64,000 nucleotides of DNA, taken from NCBI GenBank assembly GCA_044892525.1, contig CM097887.1, positions 42,284,001-42,348,000 of the forward strand. The letters are read 5' to 3'. This stretch comes from Schmidtea polychroa (taxonomy: Eukaryota). Positions 25,901 through 37,260 of this stretch are shown here, in pieces. How positions within the stretch are numbered: the first letter of the stretch is position 1; each line of letters begins with the position of its first letter. Made by a program: the position numbers and the translations under genes. Under the pieces are notes generated by a model. It saw only the letters and a list, made by a program, of their open reading frames with translations. It was not told the origin of the DNA and did not search any database.

Positions 25901-28900
25901 CCTTATATTTATAACTGAAATTCCCGATACTTCAATATTTATATCATCGACCTTCTTTATCACTCCTTTTATTTCGACGACGCTCATCGCATATCTCATC
26001 TTTATTTCTTTCTGTGTATCCTTGACTTTGATACAATGGACCAAAAAATATGACATTAATTCGTTCTTGTCCCATTTGTGCTTCAGAACTTGATCAACCA
26101 TCTTTTCTATTTTTCGAAATATACTGGGGTAGTATCCTCGTTCTTTTCGTAATTGTAGAGGGTTAGGAAATCCGCTATCAATGTTGTTGGCTTCTTGTAA
26201 ACCTTTTTCAATCTGTCTTCAAAACAAGTTTCATTTTCTTCTATTGCTTCATAAATCGGCAACAACTCTCTTGTGATCAAACATTTGATCATCATACTTT
26301 GACTGGATTGTTCTAGTCCACATAGTTGGAAATACGTCTTGCATTGTCTTGATCATTGCCAAGGTTGTCATGTTAATAATTTAAGTCTAGTTGCTTAAAG
26401 ATATATACAAAAAAACTGATTTTGTAATAATTGGTAATAAATAACCGATTTGAATTGCAAATTAATTAATTTAATAATAATGATAATTATCAGTGCCATC
26501 ATTTATACTTATTATACTTTTACTATATAATAGTATTTGTTACTTATAATACAATATATATTTTATTTATAAATTAGTTATTTAAATATCCCTAACATAG
26601 ACATTGTGCTTCAGCGGAGTTTTGTGGATCTGATAATAATTTTCAACACACAGATGAGTTTGTATGTTTCTTATACATCAGCGGTTATAAATTATGAAAC
26701 AAGAACAAATATTACGGGCAGTTGGTAATTTATTCCCATGGATTTTTAATTTATTTTCAAAGGGATAAAATTTTAAACTTTTTATTTAAATACTTATTTG
26801 AAAGCACTTTTAAAATGCTTTCGTTCAGTAATCATTTTGCGATTTTCTATTATGTAAGTGTAGTAATATCCTCCCCGTTATTTGACTTCGATCAATCATT
26901 TTATCAATTATTTAATACCTATTTTTATAAAACTTTAGAATTTTTATTTAAATTATAAATTATGTTTTCAATGCTTTTGCAAATTTACGATAAAATTATC
27001 ATTATTTAAAAATCCCAAAGCTTACTCGATGGTATTTAAAAATAAAATAAGTTTGCCAGAAAGTAAATGAAGCATGACAAATTTTTTCTATAATGGTAAC
27101 AACCTCTGTGTAATAACTAGGACTCTTTTTATAAACATTGGCCATATATTCAGCAATGGAAAGTACATCACTTAGAATGGAAGCAAATCCAAATGCTTAA
27201 TTATCAAGTATTTGTCAAAAATAATCTTAACTTTTTAAAGCTTGCTACCGATAATTCCAAGACGCAAATAAAGATTGATTCCTTCTCCAAGTTTGTCAAC
27301 TTTTGGCTTCTTTAATAAAATATTTCTATTTCTAGCATGTAGCCTACTGGAAAACGAAGGTCTTCGTTTGATATCTCCTTAAGTAAATAGTTTAAAGACA
27401 AAAAATAAAAGATTTTACTTTCAACATTTTCGTCAGTAATTGTTTGGATATCATTCGACAAACATTCATTTTCTACAAAAATATAAAACAGTAATAAAAC
27501 AAAATTTTTATTTATTTTCATTTCAACAATAAATAAAAAATTTATTTGATCTGTAGCAGTAATGAAAATAAATTAAATGTCAAAAAAAATCAAAATAAGT
27601 GAAAGGATCAAAGAATAAAAGAATAAAAAAACACTTGTCCTCCACTGGTGATGGAGCAAGTAATATGATGAAGTTTGGAAAAAAAATCATTTTAGTAATA
27701 TCAAATATGTCTTTTCCGTGCCTTGCATTTGACTGTTACGAAAACATTTTATAAAGAGAATTTCCTATCTCAAGGAGCTCCCGGCTTAGATTTAGAAGAA
27801 GCCGAAAATTTTGATGAAATAAATGATATTTTAATTGGAGGAAATTGAGATAAAGAATGATTCATTCAAGAAAGACATAAATATTGTGAGACTTGTCGTA
27901 ATTTTGTCAGATTTATTTAAAAGAAATTCCAAATAGAACAACAACTTTCTCTTGGCTGTAAAGCCAGATGGAATTCAATACTAAAAATGTTTGGAACTTT
28001 TATTAAGTTATACGATGTTACTAAGGAAGTACTTATTAAATTAGGATCTGAGCATCTTTTAACAGACTTGAACTTTGAACTTTTAAAATATATAATCTTG
28101 GCATTGAAATTCCTTGAAATTCCTCTTAATGCTATGGATGAAAAGCTACACTATGAACAGTTAATGCAGGAAAGATTGACTGACGAAAAAGCTGAGATAA
28201 GTGGAAATCTTGTAAAAGAAATCGAATTTTAAACGAATAGTAGAATCCACCACGACATCAGAGATATAATAAATTTATTGAACAACCTGGATAAAACACT
28301 TTGAGACCACTTTGATGAATCGACTGTTTCCGTTGTTAAACATTTCAACGGATGAAGAAATTAGTTATAAATTACAAATAATTAGCAATGTCAAAGTTTC
28401 GTCAAACCTGTTCAAGTTAATCGAGATGAGAAATTATACCAAGAATTTTCTTTGTTAAAAAGGTAAAGGTGAGTTGAGAGAAAATCTAAAACAATTACTT
28501 GATACCCTCAATACAATAAAACCACCATTTTCAGTAGATAATAGTTTCTGTACAAAGATTCGGTCAAAGTTATCAGACAAATCATTGCACGTGCTCGTTT
28601 TTTAAAATATTATTTTATTAATTAGAATGTCTAAATAAATTTTAAAAAATTATCTTTGAATGATTGCTATTTATTTTATCTATATAAGTAATCTAATAAT
28701 TAAATTACCTATTTAATAATTATCATGATGCGTGTGTGTATGTTATTGTATGTCTGAAACGTGTCTCATATCTCATGTTCATTATTACATTTTAGTTTTC
28801 GAACCTAACGAGATAAATATTTGAACTGTTAGTAGATATTAGAAAATTCTGAACTTTGATTTATTTAACAACCTATATTGTACTTTTAATACTATTGTAT

Positions 28901-31900
28901 TTTAAACTCTAAAGCTCGAAAGCTGGAAATAGATATCAAGATCGAGGTTTCCTACATATTTATTTACAAGTATTTAAAATAATATTTTAAAAAGTATTAC
29001 AAAAACTCAAACCGTGACTGGAAATTTGACATATATTCAGAGCATTTTTTTTGTCATTATAATAAATATATCCAATAAAATAAAATATAGCACCAGTCGA
29101 AAAAATGTATTGAGTTGTTAGAAAAATCTGAAAATAATAAAAATAATATTAATATATTAAATGAGTATCAAATATATCAATTATTTTGACTTTTATGGGG
29201 TTAACTTGACATTAATCAATTCAATTTGCAGTTTATATCGTCGTTTCCAAAACTAATCAAGTTCAATAAATAACCAAATATTTACCACTCTGTGTTGCTT
29301 GACATGCCGGAATTATGCTTTCCTACTGAAATGATTAATGTTGTCAACTAGATTTTGATTAATTGCGGTAAAGCCTCTCTAATTAGTCAATGTCGGAAAT
29401 TAAATTTTTTGACGAATTTGAAATGGGTAAAATATAGATAATTTTATTTAAAAATTTCGACATAAATCATTTGTATTGTTTTAATTACAGCAATTCTTTG
29501 CAAAAAAAGTATATACAATTAATAAACATATTTATTTTTTAACCAACCAATCCTAAAAGTTAAAAGTCGCAATAGTTTCAATGGCTTTTCTTATGGATTC
29601 TATACATTTAAATGGTTTTGAATCAAATGGTTTTTGGTTAAAATATTCCTTGATTTTTTGCAAAACCCCAAAACATTCTAACTTTGTCATAGTTCTAATA
29701 GTTTCATTTCGAGTATCGCCATCATCAGCCATGAAATTTTCAAGCCTTTCGACGTCTGTAACATCAGTTTCAGAAATTTCATTAACAATGACATCATTCT
29801 CTGTGAAATTTATTTGAATAAAAATGGGAATGGATCTATTAAATTCAAAATCTGGTAAAATTCTTGGAAAATTTACTCAATGTTTTCTAATACTTCTTGT
29901 TGAATTTTTTCTGAACGTCATATTCAATTTCGATCACTTTATTAGGAATTAGTTCGTCTGATAATAAGGCACTTCTTGATACCAATTCCAATATAGATAT
30001 TAAGTTTTTTATCAACATTTCTTTTATCAACAAAGCTGACTGGCCTATTATTTATAGTACATTTTTTGAATAGAGACCCATTCTTCTTCTTTAAACCTTT
30101 CTTTACGTCATCTTGAAACCCAACGCCAATTTTTCATTATTATATTCGTGTTCAGTTTATAGTTTCCTACCTGCAAATATTATTTCCTCTGGAAAATATT
30201 ATTAGTTATATTTTTAATTATTTTTTTAGATTTTAATTTAGTATTAAATTTTAACATTTAGATGCTTTCGTGCTCATATCTTTGTACGTTTAAATTTAAA
30301 TTTAATTTATTTACACAACACAAACGTGAATATTATAATTTGTTATAGTATTTTTTAATTAAAATATTAAAATATTTATTTTTTCATTAATTCTTAGTTT
30401 TCAATGAAATATTTTACCAATTTCCAACTTATTAATTTTTTAATTATTAATCAAATAATTTTTTAATATTTTTCAAATTTATTATATATTTTTTATTTAA
30501 ATTTCTTAAATGATAATTTTTATTTCCAATTTTTTATTTATTATGTTTAAGCAGCAGGAGCCGAATCAGATGTAATCATATACAGTAAAATTTTGATAAC
30601 TCTTTAAAAATTAAAAATAGTTTAATTCATTCTTTTCAAATAAAAAAAATAAATTAAAGTGAACAACAGAAAATATTCAATTTTAAAAAAATTGCAGAAC
30701 ATCTAAAATCTTCCGAAATTACAAAGGCATTCAACGTANNNNNNNNNNNNNNNNNNNNNNNNNNNNNNNNNNNNNNNNNNNNNNNNNNNNNNNNNNNNNN
30801 NNNNNNNNNNNNNNNNNNNNNNNNNNNNNNNNNNNNNNNNNNNNNNNNNNNNNNNNNNNNNNNNNNNNNGTAATAAGGTAATAAGGTTATTTAATTTAAA
30901 TCCCAACAAACATTCAGTAACTTTTAGGGGGTATTTGATTTCTAAATACAGCAATAATGAAATTTCGATATATATATATCGAAATTTCATTATTGCTGTA
31001 TTTAGAAATCAAATACCCCCTAAAAGTTACTGAATGTTTGTTGGGATTTAAATTAAATAACCTTATTACCTTATTACCTTATTATAGTCGCTTAAAAAAA
31101 TAAATTTTTGTTACATTATTATGATTCATTATTTTAAACATTTTCGAATTTTATTGAAAAATTTTTCTAATATATTTAAAATATATTAAAAATAATAAAC
31201 TTTAAAATTTAATAATATTGCAAAAGAAAACTTTTAATCAAAACTCATTAAAATAGTTGGCCCTTTTCTAAGAAAAAAATAAAATACAATTTTTCCTTGA
31301 ATTAGATTTAAAATTGTTCAAATCAAATTTCAATATTATTGGTTATTTTAAAATGAAATTTTCTAAAAAATATGTAATTTAAATTTATATTGAAGTTTTA
31401 TTTTAATACGTTATTAAAATATTTTGTTTAAATAATATGGAATAAATAATCATACATTTCAATTTACATTTGATAAAAATTAAAAAAAATATAAATGTCT
31501 TTTAATAATAAAAAGAGGTCTAGAGCAGTTGATGACGAATTAGTTGGTGAATTTGATTACATTTCAGATGATGAAATTCAGGTGGACCCCAACTTAGCCA
31601 CACTAGAAATAAATGATCCATTCCCAGAAATTGAAGAAGGGGTGAAAAAATATGATACGTTACCCCTTAAGCCTGATCATCTTGTTCGACCTATTTTTGT
31701 GGGGGGCGATGGAATAATTTATTTAGAACTTTTTAATGAAAACCGTAAAATAGTCCAAGATTTCTTAATAACTATTTGCGACCCAGTTTCAAGAAGGAAA
31801 TATCTCCATATGTACAAGTTGACAGACACGTCTTTATATGCTGCAGTTTCCGGTGGGATGAAACCTCAAGACATTTTGAGATATCTTAACATATTATCTA

Positions 31901-34900
31901 AAACTCCTTTACCAGATAATATTGTTAAATTTATTGAGCGTTCCACGGCCAACTATGGAAAAGCGAGTCTTGTTTTACGTCATGGAAAGTTAAAAATTGA
32001 AAGTAAAAATCTTGATCATCTTCGTAAACTGACAAATCATCCCAAAATCCAAAAATGTTTGATAAAATATGAAAATGGATATATCCAAATTCCACAAGAT
32101 AATAAAGACGAACAAAGAGGAGTTTCAGATCCATTTGTTAATGAGGCGGATAAAAACGATTCACATCTTGCTCCTGATATCGTCGAATTTTATAAATATA
32201 TAGAAAAGGTTGATGAAGATTTTGGGAATAAGGAAGACCCCTTGGCAATGTTTAAAAAGGGGAACGTGGTTTATTCTATTGATATTATGGATGATAAACT
32301 AGAACAAGTTAAAAAATATTGTATTGAAATTCGGTCAACTTTATTAACAGAATATGATTTCCTTCATGATAACGCAAATCCTGATATTCCAATGGACCTG
32401 AAACCTACAACATGCTTGAGACCTTATCAAGAGAAGTCTTTGAGGAAAATGTTTGGAAGTAGTCATGCTAGATCAGGAATTATTGTTTTACCATGTGGAG
32501 CTGGTAAAACCTTGGTGGGAGTTACAGCTGCTTGTACAATTAGAAAAAAATGCATTGTGTTTTGTACAGGTGGAGTAGCTGTGGAGCAGTGGAAACAAAC
32601 ATTTCTTCATTATACAACAATAGAAGAAAAAAGAATCTGTCGATTTACGGGACCTACAAAAGATCCGTATAAAAACACAAGTATATTCATTACGACTTAT
32701 AACATCATTGGATATTCTGGTAAAAGATCTCACGAAACCGAAATGACAATGGAATGGATAAAAAATCAAGAATGGGGATTAATACTTCTTGATGAAGTTC
32801 ACACTATTCCCGCAAAAACCTTTCGTAGTGTTTTAAGTGTTATCCATGGGCATTGTATGCTTGGATTAACCGCAACACTGGTCAGAGAAGATGATAAAAT
32901 CAACGATTTAAACTTTTTAGTGGGTCCAAAATTATACGAAGCTGATTGGATGGAATTGACGAATAAAGGTTTTATTGCTCGAGTTCAATGTGTCGAAGTA
33001 CAATGTAAAATGACTCCAGAATTTTATACAGAATATATACGAGCTTCTTCAAAGAAGCAATTGCTTTTGTATTTAATGAATCCTGAGAAAATTCGTCGAT
33101 GCGAATTTCTTATTAAAAAGCATGAAGAAAGAAAAGATAAAATCATCGTATTTTCAGATAATTTGTACGCATTGAGACAATATGCTGCGTTAATGAAAAG
33201 ACCCTATCTTGAGGGTGACACGTCACACGAAGAAAGAATGCAAGTAATGAATGTCTTCAAAACCACCAATAAAGTTAACACAATTTTTGTATCAAAAATG
33301 GCTGACGTAGCTCTCGATTTGCCAGAAGCAACCGTGTTGATACAGATCTCATCACAGGGTGGATCTCGTCGTCAAGAAGCCCAAAGACTGGGTAGAATCA
33401 CCCGTGCTAAGAAAGGAATGAATCCAGATGAAATAAATGGTTATTTCTATTCACTTGTTTCAAGTAACACTCAAGAACACTTTTTTTGTTCAAAACGTCA
33501 ACAATTTTTAAAAGATCAAGGTTATACTTATAAAGTTATCTCTGATTTTCCAGACATGGACAAAGAAACCTTAAGTTATTCTACAAAAAAAGAACAAAAA
33601 GAGCTACTTGCTAAAGTAATGGAAGCTGATGAATGTGAACATGAAGTTGAAGGAAAACATTTAAAGAAGGAAAGAAGAATGATAAACAATAATAAAAATG
33701 ACGTTATGTTTGCAACCATGGCCAAAAAACTCAAACTTCATAAAGAGTCTACAGAAAGAAGATGAACAATATTTTCCGAAAGAGACTAGTGGACCACATT
33801 TTATTTATATCAATAATAATTTAATCAATTTTATTTTAATTTATTTTCGTTTAAATAGAGCTTATATATTTACTCTTTTCCTGCTTATAATATTTTATGA
33901 GTTAGAAATTTTCGTTAAAAAGTACTTTGTTTTAAATTAAAAAAATATTTTTTAAATATAATCATTGTGTTTCAAATTTGTTTTAAAAAGGAAATTGAAA
34001 TAACGATCTATAGTCGAAATCTAAATGAAGAATTTATAAGTGAAAATTATGGGAATTACAACATTCGATTTCAATTGCAAATTATTATTAACTCATAATA
34101 TGTGACATTCATACAAATTATTTCCCATTCGATCTTTTATGTAATATAATTAATATGGGATTCAATTTTCTTTGGAACCGGTACACTTTCCAAATCGTTA
34201 TTGATTTGTAAAATGAAAAATCCTTACGCATTTACTAGTACTTATTAAGAACCAGTACTGGCTGAATATAAGCATTGGACAATATTGTTATAAGCTATCA
34301 GTTATTAGTATTTTGTCATTTATGCTTTTGTGTTAAGAATAATTGTTTGTGTGTTACAACCAAACGATAGATAAAACATAAAAGTTGTACATATTACCAT
34401 TTTTTTGTTTGATTTTAGTTTTTGTGTATGTTGTTTGATTTGAAGCAGTCACTGTACAGCTTCTTGTATATCTTTAGTGTGGGGGAGTTTTTATTGGGAG
34501 CTTGTGATGATTCCTGTTTGTTGATTGGAATGTGTTCTTGTTTTGTTTGATCGTTGTAGTTTTTTGTATTGTATTGGTATGGATCTGCGAATATTTTTTC
34601 GCGTTTCTTTGTTATTTTTGAGTATCGTGGCCACATTTTTATTTAGTTCTAGTAGTTTGTATGGCCCTTCGTATTTTGATTCAAAACCTTTTGTAAATGG
34701 TTTTTTTACTAACACGTAGTCTGTGGTTAAGGCTGTTTTACCGCTTGTTTTTTTTGTCTTTCTTTTGGATCGAGTTCGTTAATCTCGTTTGTTTTATTGT
34801 CTTTTTGTTGTTTTCGCAATTAGTTTTAAGCGAAGGTAGATTTGTTCCTCTGCCAAAAACTTTGTATGCGGGACTTTCGTTATATAGTTTTTTTATCTTT

Positions 34901-35314
34901 TCCAAACGTGACACGCGCTGAACTATGTCACCAAAAATTACAGAACCTAGTTAAAAACAAAAAAACAAAATATAACAATACATTACAATTATTATTTAAT
35001 TATAAAATATGTAATAAGTAAAATATCTTTTGATTATTTTTAATATAATTATTTTTTAACGTATTTTACATAAAGAATGATATAGAACAAAGAGTTTACT
35101 TTTAGTAATATGCTTGGTTCACAATTTAAATCCAGGGATTCATAGAGCACTATTGCAATTCCAATAATTAATACTAGAATTCCGCTAATTAAGCTAACGG
35201 ACACGACAAAAGAATGCCTATAAAATAATTAAAAAAAATTCTCTTGAAATTATTCTTTAACCTTGAATTTTTTATTTTAAAATTAGAAAATGCTAAACTT
35301 CCTTTTTTTCGCAT
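19016..35314 (-). CDS. OTOP: Otopetrin-family proton channel, complete 8-exon model (570 aa)
   Basis: Exons: 35314-35262, 35217-35100, 29127-29013, 27472-27419, 27377-27249, 27195-27026, 22209-22074, 19953-19016. All introns are GT-AG, phases match (2,0,1,1,1,0,1), and the total is 1713 nt = 571 codons. Family motifs: GINLYLRLGIIAFG, HASFTFWQTYFIF, ITNICLW, VEYCLICAAVFY, GLFLG, IIQASIQ, KPGRSFVTFAIISNLSMW, PLILFFRFHSVVCLTDVW. The first exon could extend upstream. The symbol denotes the family, not a specific orthologue. Confidence 0.88.
20457..20710. mobile_element. Foldback-type MITE with 55-bp perfect TIRs (otopetrin intron 7)
   Basis: 20457-20511 is the exact reverse complement of 20656-20710. 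A second perfect 26-bp inverted pair lies at 20532-20557 / 20625-20650. No clear TSD. Confidence 0.85.
21430..21850 (-). mobile_element. LTR fragment of the same family as ~10500 and ~25300
   Basis: Shares ttccattggctcgggttttt..attagctaattaatt. A G-rich PPT-like tract lies at ~21815-21835 on the minus strand. Confidence 0.55.
22300..22830 (-). mobile_element. Mutator-like (MULE) remnant
   Basis: Tandem ggacaaaatggta subterminal repeats (22313-22360) and the minus-strand peptide LHTMVVDYNNRDLVTYLGDIAR, which resembles a MULE transposase C-terminus. Confidence 0.4.
23400..26400 (-). mobile_element. Ty3/gypsy remnants: gag with zinc knuckle, LTR, gag and aspartic protease (otopetrin intron 6)
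   Basis: CWNCQEVGH zinc knuckle in ORF 25673-26101; LTR-like block ~24850-25510; gag-like ORFs 24214-24791; protease LLDKGARMNVID..IIGGIDLL in ORF 23424-24032. No RT follows. Confidence 0.8.
27640..28620 (+). mobile_element. Degenerate hAT transposase (same subfamily as 13061-15594)
   Basis: Fragments TGDGASNMMKFG, ALHLTVTKTFYK and LSDKSLHVLVF parallel TNDGASVM, AVHLAILKVIYK and LGTDTVNALVF. Many stops. Confidence 0.7.
29370..30170 (-). mobile_element. Possible pogo/Tigger transposase C-terminal remnant
   Basis: A TIR-like cggtaaagcctctctaattagtca lies at ~29367. An acidic minus-strand peptide (VNEISETDVTDVERL..TKLECFGVLQKIKEYF) resembles Tigger tails. Confidence 0.3.
30739..30869. other. 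Assembly gap (131 N) inside otopetrin intron 2
   Basis: Run of N. Confidence 1.
30870..31077. repeat. Perfect 208-bp palindrome centred on (AT)6
   Basis: 30870-30973 is the exact reverse complement of 30974-31077. The left arm abuts the gap. Confidence 0.95.
31495..33765 (+). CDS. ERCC3: TFIIH subunit XPB, 3'-5' DNA helicase/translocase (756 aa, intronless)
   Basis: Single ORF with YKLT..SLYAAVS in the N-terminal domain, LRPYQEKSLRKMFG, Walker A LPCGAGKT, LDEVH, GLTATLVREDDKI (RED motif), GPKLYEA, DLPEA, GGSRRQEAQRLGRI and DQGY. Confidence 0.98.
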   Translation: MSFNNKKRSRAVDDELVGEFDYISDDEIQVDPNLATLEINDPFPEIEEGVKKYDTLPLKPDHLVRPIFVGGDGIIYLELFNENRKIVQDFLITICDPVSRRKYLHMYKLTDTSLYAAVSGGMKPQDILRYLNILSKTPLPDNIVKFIERSTANYGKASLVLRHGKLKIESKNLDHLRKLTNHPKIQKCLIKYENGYIQIPQDNKDEQRGVSDPFVNEADKNDSHLAPDIVEFYKYIEKVDEDFGNKEDPLAMFKKGNVVYSIDIMDDKLEQVKKYCIEIRSTLLTEYDFLHDNANPDIPMDLKPTTCLRPYQEKSLRKMFGSSHARSGIIVLPCGAGKTLVGVTAACTIRKKCIVFCTGGVAVEQWKQTFLHYTTIEEKRICRFTGPTKDPYKNTSIFITTYNIIGYSGKRSHETEMTMEWIKNQEWGLILLDEVHTIPAKTFRSVLSVIHGHCMLGLTATLVREDDKINDLNFLVGPKLYEADWMELTNKGFIARVQCVEVQCKMTPEFYTEYIRASSKKQLLLYLMNPEKIRRCEFLIKKHEERKDKIIVFSDNLYALRQYAALMKRPYLEGDTSHEERMQVMNVFKTTNKVNTIFVSKMADVALDLPEATVLIQISSQGGSRRQEAQRLGRITRAKKGMNPDEINGYFYSLVSSNTQEHFFCSKRQQFLKDQGYTYKVISDFPDMDKETLSYSTKKEQKELLAKVMEADECEHEVEGKHLKKERRMINNNKNDVMFATMAKKLKLHKESTERR
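34415..34935 (-). mobile_element. Ty3/gypsy integrase C-terminal fragment (otopetrin intron 2)
   Basis: VLVKKPFTKGFESKYEGPYKLLELNKNVATI matches the GPY motif of gypsy integrase tails. Confidence 0.6.
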
Positions 35315-35484
35315 CACTTTTGTCTAAATGGAAACTTTAATTTATTATGTTTAGTGAAATATAAAATTATATATTTTAAAATAATAAAGTCTTTCACTTA
35401 TTAATTTTTTTTCATTTATTTAGTAATGTATATATCAATTTTTTGTCAATTACAACATTTTTCAAAATAATTTTAAAAGTTTAA

Positions 35485-35666
35485 CTGTTTGCGGACGGTA
35501 GGCCAGTACTGCTGGTCACGAATTTCGTTCCAGACGTGCTGGCCAAACTTTAAAAAAATCATACCACGATATCGGGCATTCGTATACTAAAAGATTTTAT
35601 GCTAAAAAATATACTATATACTGTATACTAAGACTACTTATTAAAGTTAATTCCGTCCACAAACGG
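35485..35666. mobile_element. piggyBac-type MITE (182 bp)
   Basis: TTAA on both sides (35481-84, 35667-70). TIRs ctgtttgcggacgg / ccgtccacaaacgg match at 12 of 14 positions. Confidence 0.8.
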
Positions 35667-36379
35667 TTAAAATCAACCATTTATTATTATCAATTAAATA
35701 TGCATACATTTAAATTTAATATTTCCGCCATTTTTATATATTTAATAATTTTTTTATAAATGTTTGATTTATAAAAAGGGATGGTTTCTTGGTAACACCA
35801 AAAATTAAATGTCAAACAAATAAACGATATGATTTTTTACTGATATCTTTTTCTTGACACTTATTGATAAAATATAAATAATCAAAGCTTAAATAAGAAT
35901 ATTTATCCAACAATTATTACTGCAAACATATATAAAAATTTTATAATATTTGATATGTTCTGACCGACAATTTAAATGTTAAAAAATCAACAAATCAGTG
36001 GCATAGCTAAGGTCTGTGCCACCGGGCAATACTTATATTTTCAACCCTTTATAAAAATCTAAACTGTCATAAACCGTTCATTGAGTCACAATAGCCAACA
36101 AATTAAATGTATAAATGTCATAAAAATAAAAAAGCACAGTAATATTAACAATATACAGGTTTATCCATTAATATATACAAAAATATTCATTAATATATAC
36201 AAAATTTGAATAAAAAAATAAAATAAAAAGTATTATTTATAAAATATTTGATAAAACAAAAAGTTGAGCTTCAATATTATATTACATAATTTACATAATA
36301 TACTTTAGAGCCATATAACTATTTATTAAATAAAATCCTGTCTTGATAAAGCCTTTTTTACATACCTACACATATTCCT

Positions 36380-37260
36380 GAACTAATCGGAAAAATCTAC
36401 AAACTTTTCACTCAGTATCCCTGAAATTTTAAATTTAAAATCATTTCAATAGCTTATAATATTCTCTTGGCTATTTAACTTGAACTAAAATATTCCTCTA
36501 GGATTTAGCTGGGGAGAATACGGAGGTAAAAACCTATGATTAATGCCATGTTGATAAATAAATTAATTATATCACTTCTTTTGTGAAAGTCACAATTATC
36601 AAGGACTAAAACATCATTAGGATGCATTAAAAAGTGTGGTATCAAAAATTCATTTATAAATTTAATAAATTCAATTCCATCAAAAGGACCATCTTTTACT
36701 TAAAACCCAATTATTCCTAATTTTAGTTTCTGTTCTGGTGTAGATTTACGCCAATTTCATCTAAAAATATTAAATTATCATCTGAAACAAAACTTATCAT
36801 TCTTCCATATGCCTGTCGGAGATTTATATTTTTTTCTGAATTTCGATCTTCTTGCACCCGAACAATTCTTTTCCGAGTATACCCCATTGTTTTTATGTCC
36901 CTGCATATAATACTTTGCAATTTTCTTATCCCAACTTTTCTCAGTTCAATTTGAATTTCTTTTTAGGAAAAAGAAGAATCTTTCAATAAAAGTTCGGATA
37001 TTTTCGTCTTTGCTATGCTTTCATTTTAAACCGGCCTTCCATTTTTCTTCGATAGAATTTGTTCTTTTGTCATACCTTCTGAAGTTTTATCGACAATATT
37101 GTATGCTGTTTTTAAGGATATATCAGCATCTTCGGCTATATGTTTAATAGAAAATGTTTTTTTCTAACCCTCTTCAAATCCTTTTCAATATAATCAACCG
37201 ATATTTGTTGCCTAGGTTTTCTGGACTTTCTTTGGTTTTCATTTGATTCAAATTCTTCTG
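36380..37260 (-). mobile_element. Tc1/IS630-like DDE transposase remnant
   Basis: GYTRKR..LIFLDEIGVN (ORF 36723-36920), then VLVLDNCDFHK and FLPPYSPQLNP. Frameshifted. Confidence 0.85.

Noticed and set aside
31931-32769. Antisense ORFs overlapping XPB (31931-32134, 32488-32769)
   Set aside because: Short shadow ORFs with no motifs and no fit to the otopetrin splice phases.
34230-35030. Candidate otopetrin TM2 exons near XPB (IFYLLHIL, MYNFYVLSIVWL, LITILSNAY)
   Set aside because: Each hits an in-frame stop or lacks usable splice sites. The exon at 29127-29013 fits both flanking phases cleanly.
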